This document shows, in pieces, positions 29,322 to 39,327 of a DNA stretch of 64,000 nt. This DNA comes from an uncultured Oscillospiraceae bacterium (GTDB lineage Bacteria > Bacillota > Clostridia > Oscillospirales > Acutalibacteraceae), in assembly GCA_910587835.1 (NCBI GenBank), contig CAJUNQ010000109.1:440-64439 (forward strand). The letters run 5' to 3'. How positions within the stretch are numbered: position 1 is the stretch's first letter; every line of letters starts with the position of its first letter. Under the pieces are notes generated by a model, which saw only the letters and a program-made list of their open reading frames with translations, ran no database searches and had not been told where the DNA came from. Made by a program: the position numbers and the translations under genes.

Positions 29322-30338
29322 ATGCCAGAGGTATTATCACAGAGCCAGATAGACGCCCTTCTGAACTCCATGAACAGCGGCGGGGATAAGCCCCCTGCTG
29401 AGGAGGAGAAGCCGGAAAAGAAGTACCGCAAGTACGACTTTACCAACCCCAAGAAGTTCACCAAGGACCGTCTGAAGATGCTCAAAAGTATTTTCGACAA
29501 TTACTCCAGGGTGCTTACCACCCGGATCAACGGACTGGTCCACGCCACCTGCGAGATCGGGGTGGAGTCGGTGGAGGAGACCACCTATTTCGAGTTCTCC
29601 AACGCTCTCAGCGACAGCGCGGTGCTGACCACCACCCATCTGATGCTGAAGGAGAACCGGGAGGAGACGCCGGTGCTGTTCTATGCCTCAGCCCCCATTA
29701 TGGTGAGCATGATGGACCGCATGACCGGCGGTGATGGAGATGTGGAGAGTCTGCCAGACGACTACACCTATACGGAGCTGGACCTGAAGCTGTATGAGGT
29801 GCTGCTGAAGGACTTTGTCTCGCGTATGGGCGTGACCTGGGAGAACTACATACAGCTGGACTTCGACTTTGGGCGGGTGGAAAACAACCCCACGCTGGTG
29901 CAGCTCATCGGTCTGGAGGAGACCGTGGTCATTGTGGATATGAAGGTCAGCTTTCCCAACATTGAGGGGAGCATTAGCATCGTGATGCCCGAGGACGTGC
30001 TGTCCAGCATTTTCACAGAGATCAGCGCAGGCAATCCCTCCAAAAAGGCCAACAGCGAGGAGCACCAGGAGGAGATTTTTGACCATCTGCGGGATTCCAC
30101 GCTGGAAATCCGGGCTGAGCTGGCCCGCACCACCCTGCGGCTGGACGATGTGTACCGGCTGAATGTGGGTGATGTGATTGACCTGAACCAGAAGAAGGAC
30201 AGCGCACTGAACCTGTATGTAGGCGGTCAGCGGTGGTTCAACGGATTGATGGGGGTCAGCGAGAAAAAGATGGCGGTGAAGATTAAAGAGGTGTACCATA
30301 ACGCCGGAAGAAGGGGCAGTTTAACAAATGAGCAATAA
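29322..30338 (+). CDS. fliM: motor switch protein
   Basis: LSQSQIDALL, YDF..PKKF, GGDG, SpoA C-terminus. Confidence 0.96.
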   Translation: MPEVLSQSQIDALLNSMNSGGDKPPAEEEKPEKKYRKYDFTNPKKFTKDRLKMLKSIFDNYSRVLTTRINGLVHATCEIGVESVEETTYFEFSNALSDSAVLTTTHLMLKENREETPVLFYASAPIMVSMMDRMTGGDGDVESLPDDYTYTELDLKLYEVLLKDFVSRMGVTWENYIQLDFDFGRVENNPTLVQLIGLEETVVIVDMKVSFPNIEGSISIVMPEDVLSSIFTEISAGNPSKKANSEEHQEEIFDHLRDSTLEIRAELARTTLRLDDVYRLNVGDVIDLNQKKDSALNLYVGGQRWFNGLMGVSEKKMAVKIKEVYHNAGRRGSLTNEQ

Positions 30339-31722
30339 TGTTTTCAAACCAATGGAGATAAGCGCCATCGGCGAAATCATGAACATCAGCCTGGGCTCTT
30401 CGGCGACGGCGGTATCCAATCTGCTGGATCATCGGGTGGACATCACCACGCCCACAGTGACTGTGGTCGACGTCAAGGACTTTGAGCTGGGGGACATTGA
30501 GCCGGCCGTTGGCGTGGAGATCAAGTATGTGTCGGGCCTGGACGGCAGCAACCTGATGCTGCTGCGCATGAGCGACATAAAGGTCATTGTCGACATACTG
30601 ATGGGCACAGATACGCCGCTGGATGAGTTTGTGCTGGATGAGCTGAGCCTGAGCGCTGTCTGCGAGGTCATGAACCAGATGATGGGCGCGGCCTCTACGG
30701 CTTTGTCTGACTTTTTGGGCAGGGTGGTGAATATTTCCACGCCCGAGACCTTTGACGTGTATGACCAGGAGGCCATGAAGCGGGACCGGATGCCTGTGGC
30801 GGAGGGCCCCATTGTGGTGGTCCGCTTTGCTTTGAGTATTGAGGACCAGCTGCAGAGCGAGTTTATGAATGTGATCTCTGTGGACCTGGCAAAGGAGCTG
30901 GTGGCGGGCTTTGGCCTGGAAGACGAGGATACTGCGCCCGCCCCAGCGCCTGCTCCGGCCCCTCCAGCGCCCGCCCCGGCCCCTGCGGCCAGCGGCGGAG
31001 TGATGAGCCAGGAGGAGATTGAGAAGCTCATGGCGGGAGGCGCGGCCCAGCCCGCACCCGCTCCGGCTCCCGCGGCCAGTGGCGGAGTGATGAGCCAGGA
31101 GGAGATTGAGAAGCTCATGGCGGGAGGTGTGGCGCAGCAGCCCGCGCCCGCTCCGGCTCCTGCGGCCAGCGGCGGAGTGATGAGCCAGGAGGAGATTGAG
31201 AAGCTTATGGCAGGAGGCGCGGCCCAGCCGGCGCCTGCTGTACCTCAGACGCCGGCACAGCAGATGCCTGTGCCGCCAATGATGCCGCCGGTCCCAGGGC
31301 AGGAGGGGATGCAGCAGCCCTATCCGGGCTACCCCTATTACCCCCCCTATCCGGGCTATCCCTATTATCCGGCCCAGCCGGAGCCCAAGCTCATCAACAC
31401 CGCGCCGCCCCCCATGCCCAAGCTGGCCAACGGCGAGGAGCTCAGCCAGGAGCAGACCCAGAACCTGGATTTGATTATGGGTGTGCCGCTGGAGGTGACA
31501 GTGGAGATTGGCCGCACCAGAAAGCGGGTGCAGGAAATTCTTTCCTTCTCAAAGGGCTCGCTGGTGGTGCTGGATAAGCTGGCCGGCGACCAGGTAGACC
31601 TGTTTGTCAACGGCAAGTGCATTGCCAGGGGAGACGTGGTGGTTGTGGACGATAACTTTGGCATCCGGGTGACAGAGATTTTGAAGAAGCCCGGCATTGA
31701 AGAGTTGGCCCAATCAAAGTAA
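30328..31722 (+). CDS. fliY: switch phosphatase FliY (CheC-like + FliN domains)
   Basis: EIMN and EVMNQ phosphatase motifs; C-terminal GDVVVVDDNFGIRV. Confidence 0.93.
   Translation: MSNNVFKPMEISAIGEIMNISLGSSATAVSNLLDHRVDITTPTVTVVDVKDFELGDIEPAVGVEIKYVSGLDGSNLMLLRMSDIKVIVDILMGTDTPLDEFVLDELSLSAVCEVMNQMMGAASTALSDFLGRVVNISTPETFDVYDQEAMKRDRMPVAEGPIVVVRFALSIEDQLQSEFMNVISVDLAKELVAGFGLEDEDTAPAPAPAPAPPAPAPAPAASGGVMSQEEIEKLMAGGAAQPAPAPAPAASGGVMSQEEIEKLMAGGVAQQPAPAPAPAASGGVMSQEEIEKLMAGGAAQPAPAVPQTPAQQMPVPPMMPPVPGQEGMQQPYPGYPYYPPYPGYPYYPAQPEPKLINTAPPPMPKLANGEELSQEQTQNLDLIMGVPLEVTVEIGRTRKRVQEILSFSKGSLVVLDKLAGDQVDLFVNGKCIARGDVVVVDDNFGIRVTEILKKPGIEELAQSK
30965..31235 (+). repeat. three 87-90-bp coding repeats (APAPAASGGVMSQEEIEKLMAGG)
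   Basis: GTGATGAGCCAGGAGGAGATTGAGAAG at 31000, 31087 and 31177. Confidence 0.95.
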
Positions 31723-31770
31723 ATATAAATGACCGATTCAGCAAATCATATGAAAAGAGGATGAATTACT

Positions 31771-32136
31771 ATGGCAAAGATCTTGTTGGTTGACGACGCT
31801 GCTTTTATGCGCAAGGTGATCAAGGATACCTTGTCGAAAAACGGCTATACGGATCTCTATGAGGCTGTGGACGGCGCGGACGCGGTGGAGAAGTTCACCG
31901 AGATTAACCCGGACCTGGTGATCATGGATATCACGATGCCTAACATGGACGGTCTGGAGGCGTTGAAGGCCATGCGTGCCAAGAACGGCGCGGCCAACAT
32001 CGTCATGTGCTCCGCCATGGGCCAGGAGGCCATGGTTATTGAGGCGATCCAGTCTGGGGCCAAAGACTTTATTGTGAAGCCCTTCAAGTCTGACCGCATT
32101 ATGAAGACCGTGACCTCGATTGTTGGCGCGCCCTGA
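31771..32136 (+). CDS. cheY: chemotaxis response regulator
   Basis: VDDAAFMR, DITMP, SAMGQ, KPF. Confidence 0.96.
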   Translation: MAKILLVDDAAFMRKVIKDTLSKNGYTDLYEAVDGADAVEKFTEINPDLVIMDITMPNMDGLEALKAMRAKNGAANIVMCSAMGQEAMVIEAIQSGAKDFIVKPFKSDRIMKTVTSIVGAP

Positions 32137-32537
32137 TGAGTGGAGCAGCCCTGCCCCGGCCTGGTTTTGCCCAGCAGGGGGGGACAATATTCACCCTGGT
32201 GGGCATGCTGCTGACTGTGGGGGCTGTGCTGGCGCTGGCCTATTGGGTCACCCGGTGGATTGGCCGCCACGGCGCCCCAGGATGGACAGGGGCGCCCCGG
32301 AAGCAGGGGCAGCAGATGGAGCTGCTGTGGCAGCTGAGCCTGGGCCGCAACGAACGCCTGGTGCTGGTGCGCCTGGAAAAGCGCTGCCTGCTGCTGGGGG
32401 TGACCAGCGGAGGGATCAGGCTGTTGACTGAGCTGACCGAGGAGGAGGCAGCCCCCTGGCAGAAGGACCCGGGGGCCGCCCCCTGTGCGCCCAGCTTTCT
32501 GGACATTTTGAGGGATAATCTTCCCAAAAAGAAATGA
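32136..32537 (+). CDS. fliO: flagellar biosynthesis protein
   Basis: TM segment plus LSLG...LVLV....LLLGVT. Confidence 0.85.
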   Translation: MSGAALPRPGFAQQGGTIFTLVGMLLTVGAVLALAYWVTRWIGRHGAPGWTGAPRKQGQQMELLWQLSLGRNERLVLVRLEKRCLLLGVTSGGIRLLTELTEEEAAPWQKDPGAAPCAPSFLDILRDNLPKKK

Positions 32538-32547
32538 GCGTGATAGA

Positions 32548-33222
32548 TTGCCTGAAAATCTGGATGGAATAATCAATATAAATGGCGACAGTGTGCAGGC
32601 GTTGGAGATCATTATTCTCACCACCCTGATCACACTGCTGCCCTCGCTGGTGATCATGTGTTCCTCCTTTACCAGGTATGTGATCACGCTCTCGTTTTTG
32701 CGCAACGCCATGGGCACCCAGCAGACCCCGCCCAATATGGTTCTGGTGGGCGTTGCATTGTTTTTGACATTGTTTACCATGGGGCCTGTAATCGACCAGG
32801 TGAACACCCAGGCCTATACGCCCTATATAAACGAGGAGATCACCCAGGAGGAGTTTTTTGACCAGGCCCAGGTGCCTTTGAAGCAGTTTATGCTGCGCAA
32901 CACCGAGCCCTCGGCCTTGAATATGTTCTGCGACCTGGCGGACCTGGAAAACCCAGGCACGGAGGAGGCTGCGGTGGACTTGCCTCTGCGGGTGGTGACA
33001 CCGGCGTTCATTACCACAGAGCTGAAGCGGGCCTTTGAGATTGGGTTTTATCTCTACATCCCCTTTTTGCTGATTGACATTATTGTGGCCTCCACCTTGA
33101 TGTCCATGGGCATGGTGATGCTGCCCCCGTCGATGATCTCCACGCCGTTCAAGCTGCTGTTGTTTATCAGCATCAATGGCTGGCAGATGGTTTTTTCTAC
33201 CTTGGTGCAGACCTTCAATTAG
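32548..33222 (+). CDS. fliP: export gate protein
   Basis: GTQQTPPN, IPFLLID, LMSMGMVMLPP, PFK. Confidence 0.97.
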   Translation: MPENLDGIININGDSVQALEIIILTTLITLLPSLVIMCSSFTRYVITLSFLRNAMGTQQTPPNMVLVGVALFLTLFTMGPVIDQVNTQAYTPYINEEITQEEFFDQAQVPLKQFMLRNTEPSALNMFCDLADLENPGTEEAAVDLPLRVVTPAFITTELKRAFEIGFYLYIPFLLIDIIVASTLMSMGMVMLPPSMISTPFKLLLFISINGWQMVFSTLVQTFN

Positions 33223-33255
33223 CCGGAAGTATGATGGAAAGTGAGGTGACCGCCC

Positions 33256-33513
33256 GTGGACCTGCCGGTTGTGGACTTGTTTCGGGACGCCATAGGCGTT
33301 GTGATCCGGCTGGTTGCGCCCATGCTGCTGCTGAGTATGGTGGTGGGCGTGCTGGTGGCGATTTTGCAGGCTGTCACCCAGATTCATGAGCAGACCATCT
33401 CCTTCATTCTGAAACTGATTGTGGTGGTGCTGTTTCTGATTATTGGCGGCAGTTGGATGATGTCTACCCTGCAGGAGTTTTTCTACGGGGTGTTTGAGCT
33501 GATAAGAGGGTGA
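33256..33513 (+). CDS. fliQ: export gate protein
   Basis: LQAVTQIHEQTISF. Confidence 0.96.
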   Translation: MDLPVVDLFRDAIGVVIRLVAPMLLLSMVVGVLVAILQAVTQIHEQTISFILKLIVVVLFLIIGGSWMMSTLQEFFYGVFELIRG

Positions 33514-33517
33514 GGCC

Positions 33518-34294
33518 GTGACGAGTCTTGATTGGGACGGGCTGACCCTATTCCTGTTTATTCTGATGCGTATGTCGGGGTTTGTGTTGTTCAACCCCTT
33601 TTTCGGGCGCAACAATGTGCCCCAGTTCTTTCGGGCGGGGTTTGCCCTGCTGCTGTCCATGGTGGTCAGCTTCAGCTATACCGGTACAGTTGCTGTGCCA
33701 GCCACCTTTATCGAGCTGGCGGTGAGGCTGCTGCTGGAGGTAGCCATGGGCTATCTGGTGGGGCTGGTTGTGAATCTGTTTCTGGCTGTCCCCTCTTATG
33801 CGGGGCATATTATGGATGAGCAGATGGGCATGGCTATGGCCCAGACCTATGACCCCAGCTTTCAGGGTCAGGCCACGCCTGCGGGCAATGTGCTGAACAT
33901 TTTTACTATTCTGTTGTTCTTTACGGCCAACGGACACCAGACCCTGCTGCGGCTGATGCTGGACTCGGGCGCGGTGGTGCCCTTTGGCGGCGCGGCCTTT
34001 GGAGAGGCTGCGGCGGATAAGATTGCGGGGCTGTTTATTGACTGCATGCTTCTGGCTGTCAAGCTGTGCCTGCCGGTGCTGGGGGCGGAGCTGATGGGGC
34101 AGGTGGGCATGGGGGTGCTGATGAAGGCCATTCCCCAGATCAATGTGTTTGCCATTAACATTGAGCTGAAGGTGCTGGTGGGCATAGTGATGCTGTTTTT
34201 CCTCATTGCGCCCTTTAGCGAGTTTCTGTTGGAGATGGAGAACACCATGTTGATGGAGATTGAGAGAGCGATTGCCCTGGCCGGCGGAGGCTGA
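33518..34294 (+). CDS. fliR: export gate protein
   Basis: Multi-TM; AG...D.QMG, NGH, PQINVF. Confidence 0.95.
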   Translation: MTSLDWDGLTLFLFILMRMSGFVLFNPFFGRNNVPQFFRAGFALLLSMVVSFSYTGTVAVPATFIELAVRLLLEVAMGYLVGLVVNLFLAVPSYAGHIMDEQMGMAMAQTYDPSFQGQATPAGNVLNIFTILLFFTANGHQTLLRLMLDSGAVVPFGGAAFGEAAADKIAGLFIDCMLLAVKLCLPVLGAELMGQVGMGVLMKAIPQINVFAINIELKVLVGIVMLFFLIAPFSEFLLEMENTMLMEIERAIALAGGG

Positions 34295-34363
34295 GGCCCC
34301 TGACGGAGAAGGATTCTCTATTTTCGACCATGATTTTTCTTGCCGTAAAGCGAGGTGGTGAAC

Positions 34364-35428
34364 ATGCCTGGCGAGGATAAAACCGAAAAGGCAACACCGA
34401 AACGACGGCGTGACGAACGGAAAAAGGGCAATATCCTGCTGTGCCAGGACATTATTGCAGTGGCTACTTTAATTACCAGCGTGGTGATGCTCCGGTTCAT
34501 GTTCCCCTTTATGGCGGCTCAGCTGACAGAATTCTTTGCCAAGTGCATGGGCTTTGCCCAGGGCTCAGTGGCGGAGGGCGTGGCGGTCTATCTGGGCGAC
34601 CTGATCTTTCAGGGTATAACTACATTTGTGGCCACAGCCGGGCCCATGCTGGCGGCAGCGGCTTTGGTGGGAATTGCGGCGACCTTGGCCCAGACCCGGT
34701 TTTTGGTGGCGGGGGAGATCATCCGCCCCAAAATGAGTAAGCTCAGCCCCCTGAACGGGTTCAAACGGCTTTTTTCCCTGCGCAGTATTATGGAAGCTGT
34801 GAAGGGGTTAATTAAGATAGCCATTCTATTGATTTTTATATACAGCAGTCTGTTCAAGCTGATGAATATTTCATCCCGGTTTATGTACACGGACGTGAGC
34901 GCCGCCTGCCAGGAGCTGTTCACCGAGATATTCAACATGCTGCTGCAGGTCTGCCTGGCCTTTGTGGCCATCGCCTTTTTCGACTTTCTCTACCAGCGCT
35001 GGGAGCATGAGCGCCAGATGAAAATGTCCAAGCAGGAGATCAAGGAGGAGTATAAGCAGACCGAGGGCGACCCCCAGATTAAAAGCCGCATCCGTCAGGT
35101 GCAGCGGGCCATGGCCCAGAACCGCATGATGCAGCAGGTGCCTGAGGCTGACGTGATTATCCGGAACCCCACCCATTTCGCGGTAGCTCTGCGGTATAAG
35201 CAGGGCGAGGACGCGGCGCCCGTGGTGCTGGCAAAGGGCCAGGACGAGTTGGCCGCGCGGATTGTGGCCAAGGGAGAGGAAAACCAAGTGCCCGTGATTG
35301 AAAATGTGCCTCTGGCCCGGGCTTTGTATGCCCAGGCGGAGGTGAACCAGGAGATCCCCCCCGACCTATACGCGGCGGTGGCGGAGGTGCTGGTCTATAT
35401 CTTTAAATTGGAAAATAAACTGGTCTAA
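34364..35428 (+). CDS. flhB: export switch protein
   Basis: KTEKATPKR, EGDPQIK, NPTH autocleavage motif. Confidence 0.97.
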   Translation: MPGEDKTEKATPKRRRDERKKGNILLCQDIIAVATLITSVVMLRFMFPFMAAQLTEFFAKCMGFAQGSVAEGVAVYLGDLIFQGITTFVATAGPMLAAAALVGIAATLAQTRFLVAGEIIRPKMSKLSPLNGFKRLFSLRSIMEAVKGLIKIAILLIFIYSSLFKLMNISSRFMYTDVSAACQELFTEIFNMLLQVCLAFVAIAFFDFLYQRWEHERQMKMSKQEIKEEYKQTEGDPQIKSRIRQVQRAMAQNRMMQQVPEADVIIRNPTHFAVALRYKQGEDAAPVVLAKGQDELAARIVAKGEENQVPVIENVPLARALYAQAEVNQEIPPDLYAAVAEVLVYIFKLENKLV

Positions 35429-35464
35429 GGCCGGTTGGCATAAATGGCTGGCAGATTTTGTCCC

Positions 35465-35493
35465 TTGCGGGCAGGCCTGTTGGCAGGTATAAT
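35465..35493 (+). promoter_or_regulatory. sigma-A promoter upstream of flhA
   Basis: TTGCGG-17-TATAAT. Confidence 0.45.
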
Positions 35494-35529
35494 AGAAACG
35501 GAAAAATAACCGCGGAAGGAGGGGCACAG

Positions 35530-37626
35530 ATGAAGCGTATCCTGAACAACGGCATCTCATTGATGGTTGTGGTGATCGTGCTGTTCCTGATTCTCCCCCT
35601 GCCCACCCAGCTGCTGGATGTTCTGCTGGTGATCAACATTGCCCTGTCCATTGTCATTCTGCTGATTACCATGAACATCAAGGAGACCCTGGAGTTCTCC
35701 ATCTATCCCTCGCTGCTGCTGATTACCACCCTGTTCCGGTTGGGGCTGAATGTCTCCACGACCCGGCAGATTCTGTGGCAGGGCTACGCCGGAGACGTAA
35801 TTCGGGCCTTTGGCGACCTGATTACCAGCGGCAATGTAATTATTGGATTTATCATCTTCTTTATCATTGTGATGGTCCAGTTCATCGTCATCACCAAGGG
35901 CGCGGAGCGTGTGGCTGAGGTTGCGGCCCGGTTCACCTTGGACGCCATGCCCGGCAAGCAGATGGCCATTGACGCGGACCTGAACACGGGCCTCATCAAC
36001 GAGCAGGAGGCCCGCCTGCGCCGGGAAAAGATTCAGCGGGAGGCGGATTTCTACGGCGCCATGGACGGCGCTACCAAGATCGTCAAGGGCGACGCGGTGA
36101 TGTCGCTGATTATCACATTTATCAACCTGATCGGCGGTATTGTCATCGGCATGGTGCAGAGCGGTATGGAGATCAACGAGGTGCTTACCCGGTACTCCAC
36201 CGCCACCATTGGCGATGGCTTGGTGAGCCAGCTGCCTGCTCTGATGATCTCCACTGCCACAGGCATGATTGTCACCCGCTCGGTGTCGGACGGAAGCCTG
36301 AACACGGATGTGATCAAGCAGTTCACGGCCCAGCCCCGGGCTATTATCACGGCCGGCGCGGCGCTGATTTTTCTGGCGTTGATGCCCAACACCCCTCACT
36401 TTGCCCTGACGGTGGTGGCCCTGATTCTGATTGTATTCGGCTTTGTGCTCAGCCGCCGGCTGCGGGCCCAGCGGGAGCAGGAGGAGGCCGCCTTGGCTCC
36501 CCCTGAGGAGGTGGCCCCTGAGGCCGCGCCTGCGGAGGCGGACTACTATAAGGATATCAATAATGTTTACAATCTGCTGACAGTGGAGCCCATTGAGATG
36601 GAGGTGGGCTACAGCCTCATCCCTCTGGTGGATGAGAGCAGCGGCGGCAAGCTGATTAACCGCATTGTCATTTTCCGCCGGCAATATGCCCAGGAGATGG
36701 GCTTTGTGGTGCCTACGGTGCGTATGCATGACAGCTCGGTGATTGGCACCAACCAGTACACCATTCGCATCAAGGGCGAGGAAGTGGCCAAGGGCGAGAT
36801 TCTGGTGGATTACTATCTGGCGTTGGAGCCCTCCCGGCCTTTGGGAGAAATTGACGGTATTGAGACTGTAGAGCCCGCCTATGGCATTCCTTCCCGGTGG
36901 ATTCTGCCGGAGAACAAGGAGATGGCGGAGATTTATGGCTATACGGTTATTGACCCCCTGTCGGTCATTCTGACCCACCTGTCGGAGACCATTAAAAAGC
37001 ATGCCTACGAGCTGCTCACCCGCACGGAGACCATTCAGCTGGTGGAGAATCTAAAGCGCACCTCTCCCGAGCTGGTGGAGGAGGCCTGCCCGGCGGTGAT
37101 TTCCTACGCGCTGCTGGAAAAGGTGCTGCGGAACTTGTTGATGGAGGGCATCCCCATTCGGGATATGCAGACCATTTTGGAGACCATGGTGGACGCCATG
37201 GGCACCACCCGGGACCCGGACCTGATTACCGAGAGTGTGCGCAACGCCCTGAGCCGGACCATCACAAGGCGGTTCTGCCAGGACGGGCAACTGCGGGCCA
37301 TTACTTTGGACGCGGAGGTGGAGCGCCGGGTGGTGGCCTCCCTCACCAAGAACGAGCACGGCATCTATCTGGCTATGGAGCCGGACCTGATTCAGACCCT
37401 GATCACTCAGCTGGCAGAGCATATGCCCAAGTTTGCCGAGCTGGGGCAGTCGCCTATTCTACTTACGAGCCAGGTGGTGCGTATTTATCTCAGCCGCCTG
37501 CTGTCCCAATATTTTGCCAATCTCTATGTTCTGTCCTTCAGCGAGATCGTGGGCACGGTGCAAATCCAGTCCCTGGGTAATGTGACTGCCCAGGCGCCTG
37601 CGGTGAGAAGGGCGGTGGGCTCATGA
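35530..37626 (+). CDS. flhA: export apparatus protein
   Basis: RVAEVAARFTLDAMPGKQMAIDADL, FYGAMDGA. Confidence 0.98.
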   Translation: MKRILNNGISLMVVVIVLFLILPLPTQLLDVLLVINIALSIVILLITMNIKETLEFSIYPSLLLITTLFRLGLNVSTTRQILWQGYAGDVIRAFGDLITSGNVIIGFIIFFIIVMVQFIVITKGAERVAEVAARFTLDAMPGKQMAIDADLNTGLINEQEARLRREKIQREADFYGAMDGATKIVKGDAVMSLIITFINLIGGIVIGMVQSGMEINEVLTRYSTATIGDGLVSQLPALMISTATGMIVTRSVSDGSLNTDVIKQFTAQPRAIITAGAALIFLALMPNTPHFALTVVALILIVFGFVLSRRLRAQREQEEAALAPPEEVAPEAAPAEADYYKDINNVYNLLTVEPIEMEVGYSLIPLVDESSGGKLINRIVIFRRQYAQEMGFVVPTVRMHDSSVIGTNQYTIRIKGEEVAKGEILVDYYLALEPSRPLGEIDGIETVEPAYGIPSRWILPENKEMAEIYGYTVIDPLSVILTHLSETIKKHAYELLTRTETIQLVENLKRTSPELVEEACPAVISYALLEKVLRNLLMEGIPIRDMQTILETMVDAMGTTRDPDLITESVRNALSRTITRRFCQDGQLRAITLDAEVERRVVASLTKNEHGIYLAMEPDLIQTLITQLAEHMPKFAELGQSPILLTSQVVRIYLSRLLSQYFANLYVLSFSEIVGTVQIQSLGNVTAQAPAVRRAVGS

Positions 37627-38411
37627 GCTCTGGCCAGTCGGCGGGAAGCTATGAGGGGATGACCACAGAGGAGCTATTTGACCAGTACCGGCAGACCGGC
37701 GACCAGGCCCTGAAGTGGGAGATCGCCATGCGGTACACAGGACTGATTAAGAGCATTGCCCTGCAGATCAGGGGGGTGTTTGCCAGCTTTACCCAGTTGG
37801 ACGACATCATCAACGAGGGCCTGATTGTGCTGGCCGATGCGGTGGATAAGTTTGACCCGGAGCGGGGCCGGTTTGAGATGTTCGTGGCCAAGCGCATACG
37901 GGGGATGATTGTGGACCTGGCCCGCCAGCAGGACTGGGTGCCCCGGGCAGTACGCCAGCGGGCCCAGCGCATTGAGAAGGCCATGACAGACCTGTACAAC
38001 GCCACAGGCCAGATGCCCAGCGACGCCCAGCTGGCGGAGTACCTGGGCATTACCATGGAGGAGTATCAGGAGGCCATGGCCAATGCCTCGCTGCACAGCA
38101 TTCTCTCCTTTGAGGAGATGTTTGAGAGCAGCGACCAGTGGCCCGCAGACCCGGGGGCCGAGGAGGGCGCGGGGGGAATGCCGGAGCAGGCCCTGATGAA
38201 CCAGGAGCTGACCCAAACCCTCACCGAGGCCATCAGCTCCATGAAGGAGAACGAGCAGCTGGTGCTCTCCCTCTATTATGAGCGGAACCTGAAGATGAAG
38301 GACATTGCCGCGGTGATGGATATTACCCCGCCCAGGGTATCTCAGATTCATGCCCGGGCTGTGCAGAAGCTGAAGGTGCTGATGGAGAAATATCTGCAGG
38401 GGGTAGGCTGA
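37623..38411 (+). CDS. fliA: sigma-28 (FliA/SigD) factor
   Basis: RIRGMIVD..RQQDWVPR, RVSQIH; ATGA overlap with flhA. Confidence 0.93.
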   Translation: MSSGQSAGSYEGMTTEELFDQYRQTGDQALKWEIAMRYTGLIKSIALQIRGVFASFTQLDDIINEGLIVLADAVDKFDPERGRFEMFVAKRIRGMIVDLARQQDWVPRAVRQRAQRIEKAMTDLYNATGQMPSDAQLAEYLGITMEEYQEAMANASLHSILSFEEMFESSDQWPADPGAEEGAGGMPEQALMNQELTQTLTEAISSMKENEQLVLSLYYERNLKMKDIAAVMDITPPRVSQIHARAVQKLKVLMEKYLQGVG

Positions 38412-38539
38412 CCGCCGCTCTTTGGGCAGGCTGTGGGGCGGTCATGCTAATATTTGAAAAAAATTACCTTTTCCTAGTGCAAAAAAGCGCGGAATGTGCT
38501 ATAATTGTTCTGTTATGAAGAAAGCGGGGGACAAACACA

Positions 38540-39298
38540 ATGTTCAAGGGTTTTTATAACCTGGCCTCAGGGATGATTACTCACGGGAAGAACCTGGATG
38601 TAATCTCCAACAACATGGCCAATGTTTCCACCACAGGCTTTAAGGCCGACTGCTTTACCGGCCAGACCTTTGACGAGGTCATGTATACCATTGTGGGAAA
38701 CAAGAATAAGAATTATGAGGACATCGGGAACCAGAGCTATGCCACCGTACCCAGTCAGCTGTACACCGACTACAGTCAGAGCAGCTTTGACCAGACGGGG
38801 ATGCCTCTGGATTTTGCCATTGATGACGACGGCACAGGGTTTTTCGCCATTCAGACCCAGGACGGCATTGCCTACACCCGGGCGGGAGATTTTTCTCTGG
38901 ACGATGAGGGCTATCTGGGCCTGCCGGACCATGGCCGGGTGCTGGATGTGAACGGCGAGGAGATTCTGCTGGTGACGGATAAGATCACCACCGACAACTA
39001 TGGCCGCATTTATACCCGGGACGGGGGCTATGTGGGCCAGATTGGCGTGTATGCCTTTGAGGACACCGGGACCTTGACCAAGGACCCTATGGGCATGTTT
39101 ACCCCTGGGGGGCAGCAGCCGGAGGCCCGGGCCACCTTGCTGCACCATGGTATGCTGGAGCGCTCTAATGTAGGGCTGGTGCAGCAGATGGTGAAGATGA
39201 TCAGCACCCAGCGGGCCTATCAGAGCTCCGCCACCCTGACCAAGATGTATGACCAGGTGATGAGCCACGCGTCCACCGACCTGGGCCGGATCCAGTAA
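38540..39298 (+). CDS. rod/hook family protein (FlgF/FlhO-like)
   Basis: NNMANVSTTGFK, YTRAGDF, LERSNV. Confidence 0.88.
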   Translation: MFKGFYNLASGMITHGKNLDVISNNMANVSTTGFKADCFTGQTFDEVMYTIVGNKNKNYEDIGNQSYATVPSQLYTDYSQSSFDQTGMPLDFAIDDDGTGFFAIQTQDGIAYTRAGDFSLDDEGYLGLPDHGRVLDVNGEEILLVTDKITTDNYGRIYTRDGGYVGQIGVYAFEDTGTLTKDPMGMFTPGGQQPEARATLLHHGMLERSNVGLVQQMVKMISTQRAYQSSATLTKMYDQVMSHASTDLGRIQ

Positions 39299-39327
39299 AC
39301 AGCCATTGAGAGAGGAGTGAGCCTGTT

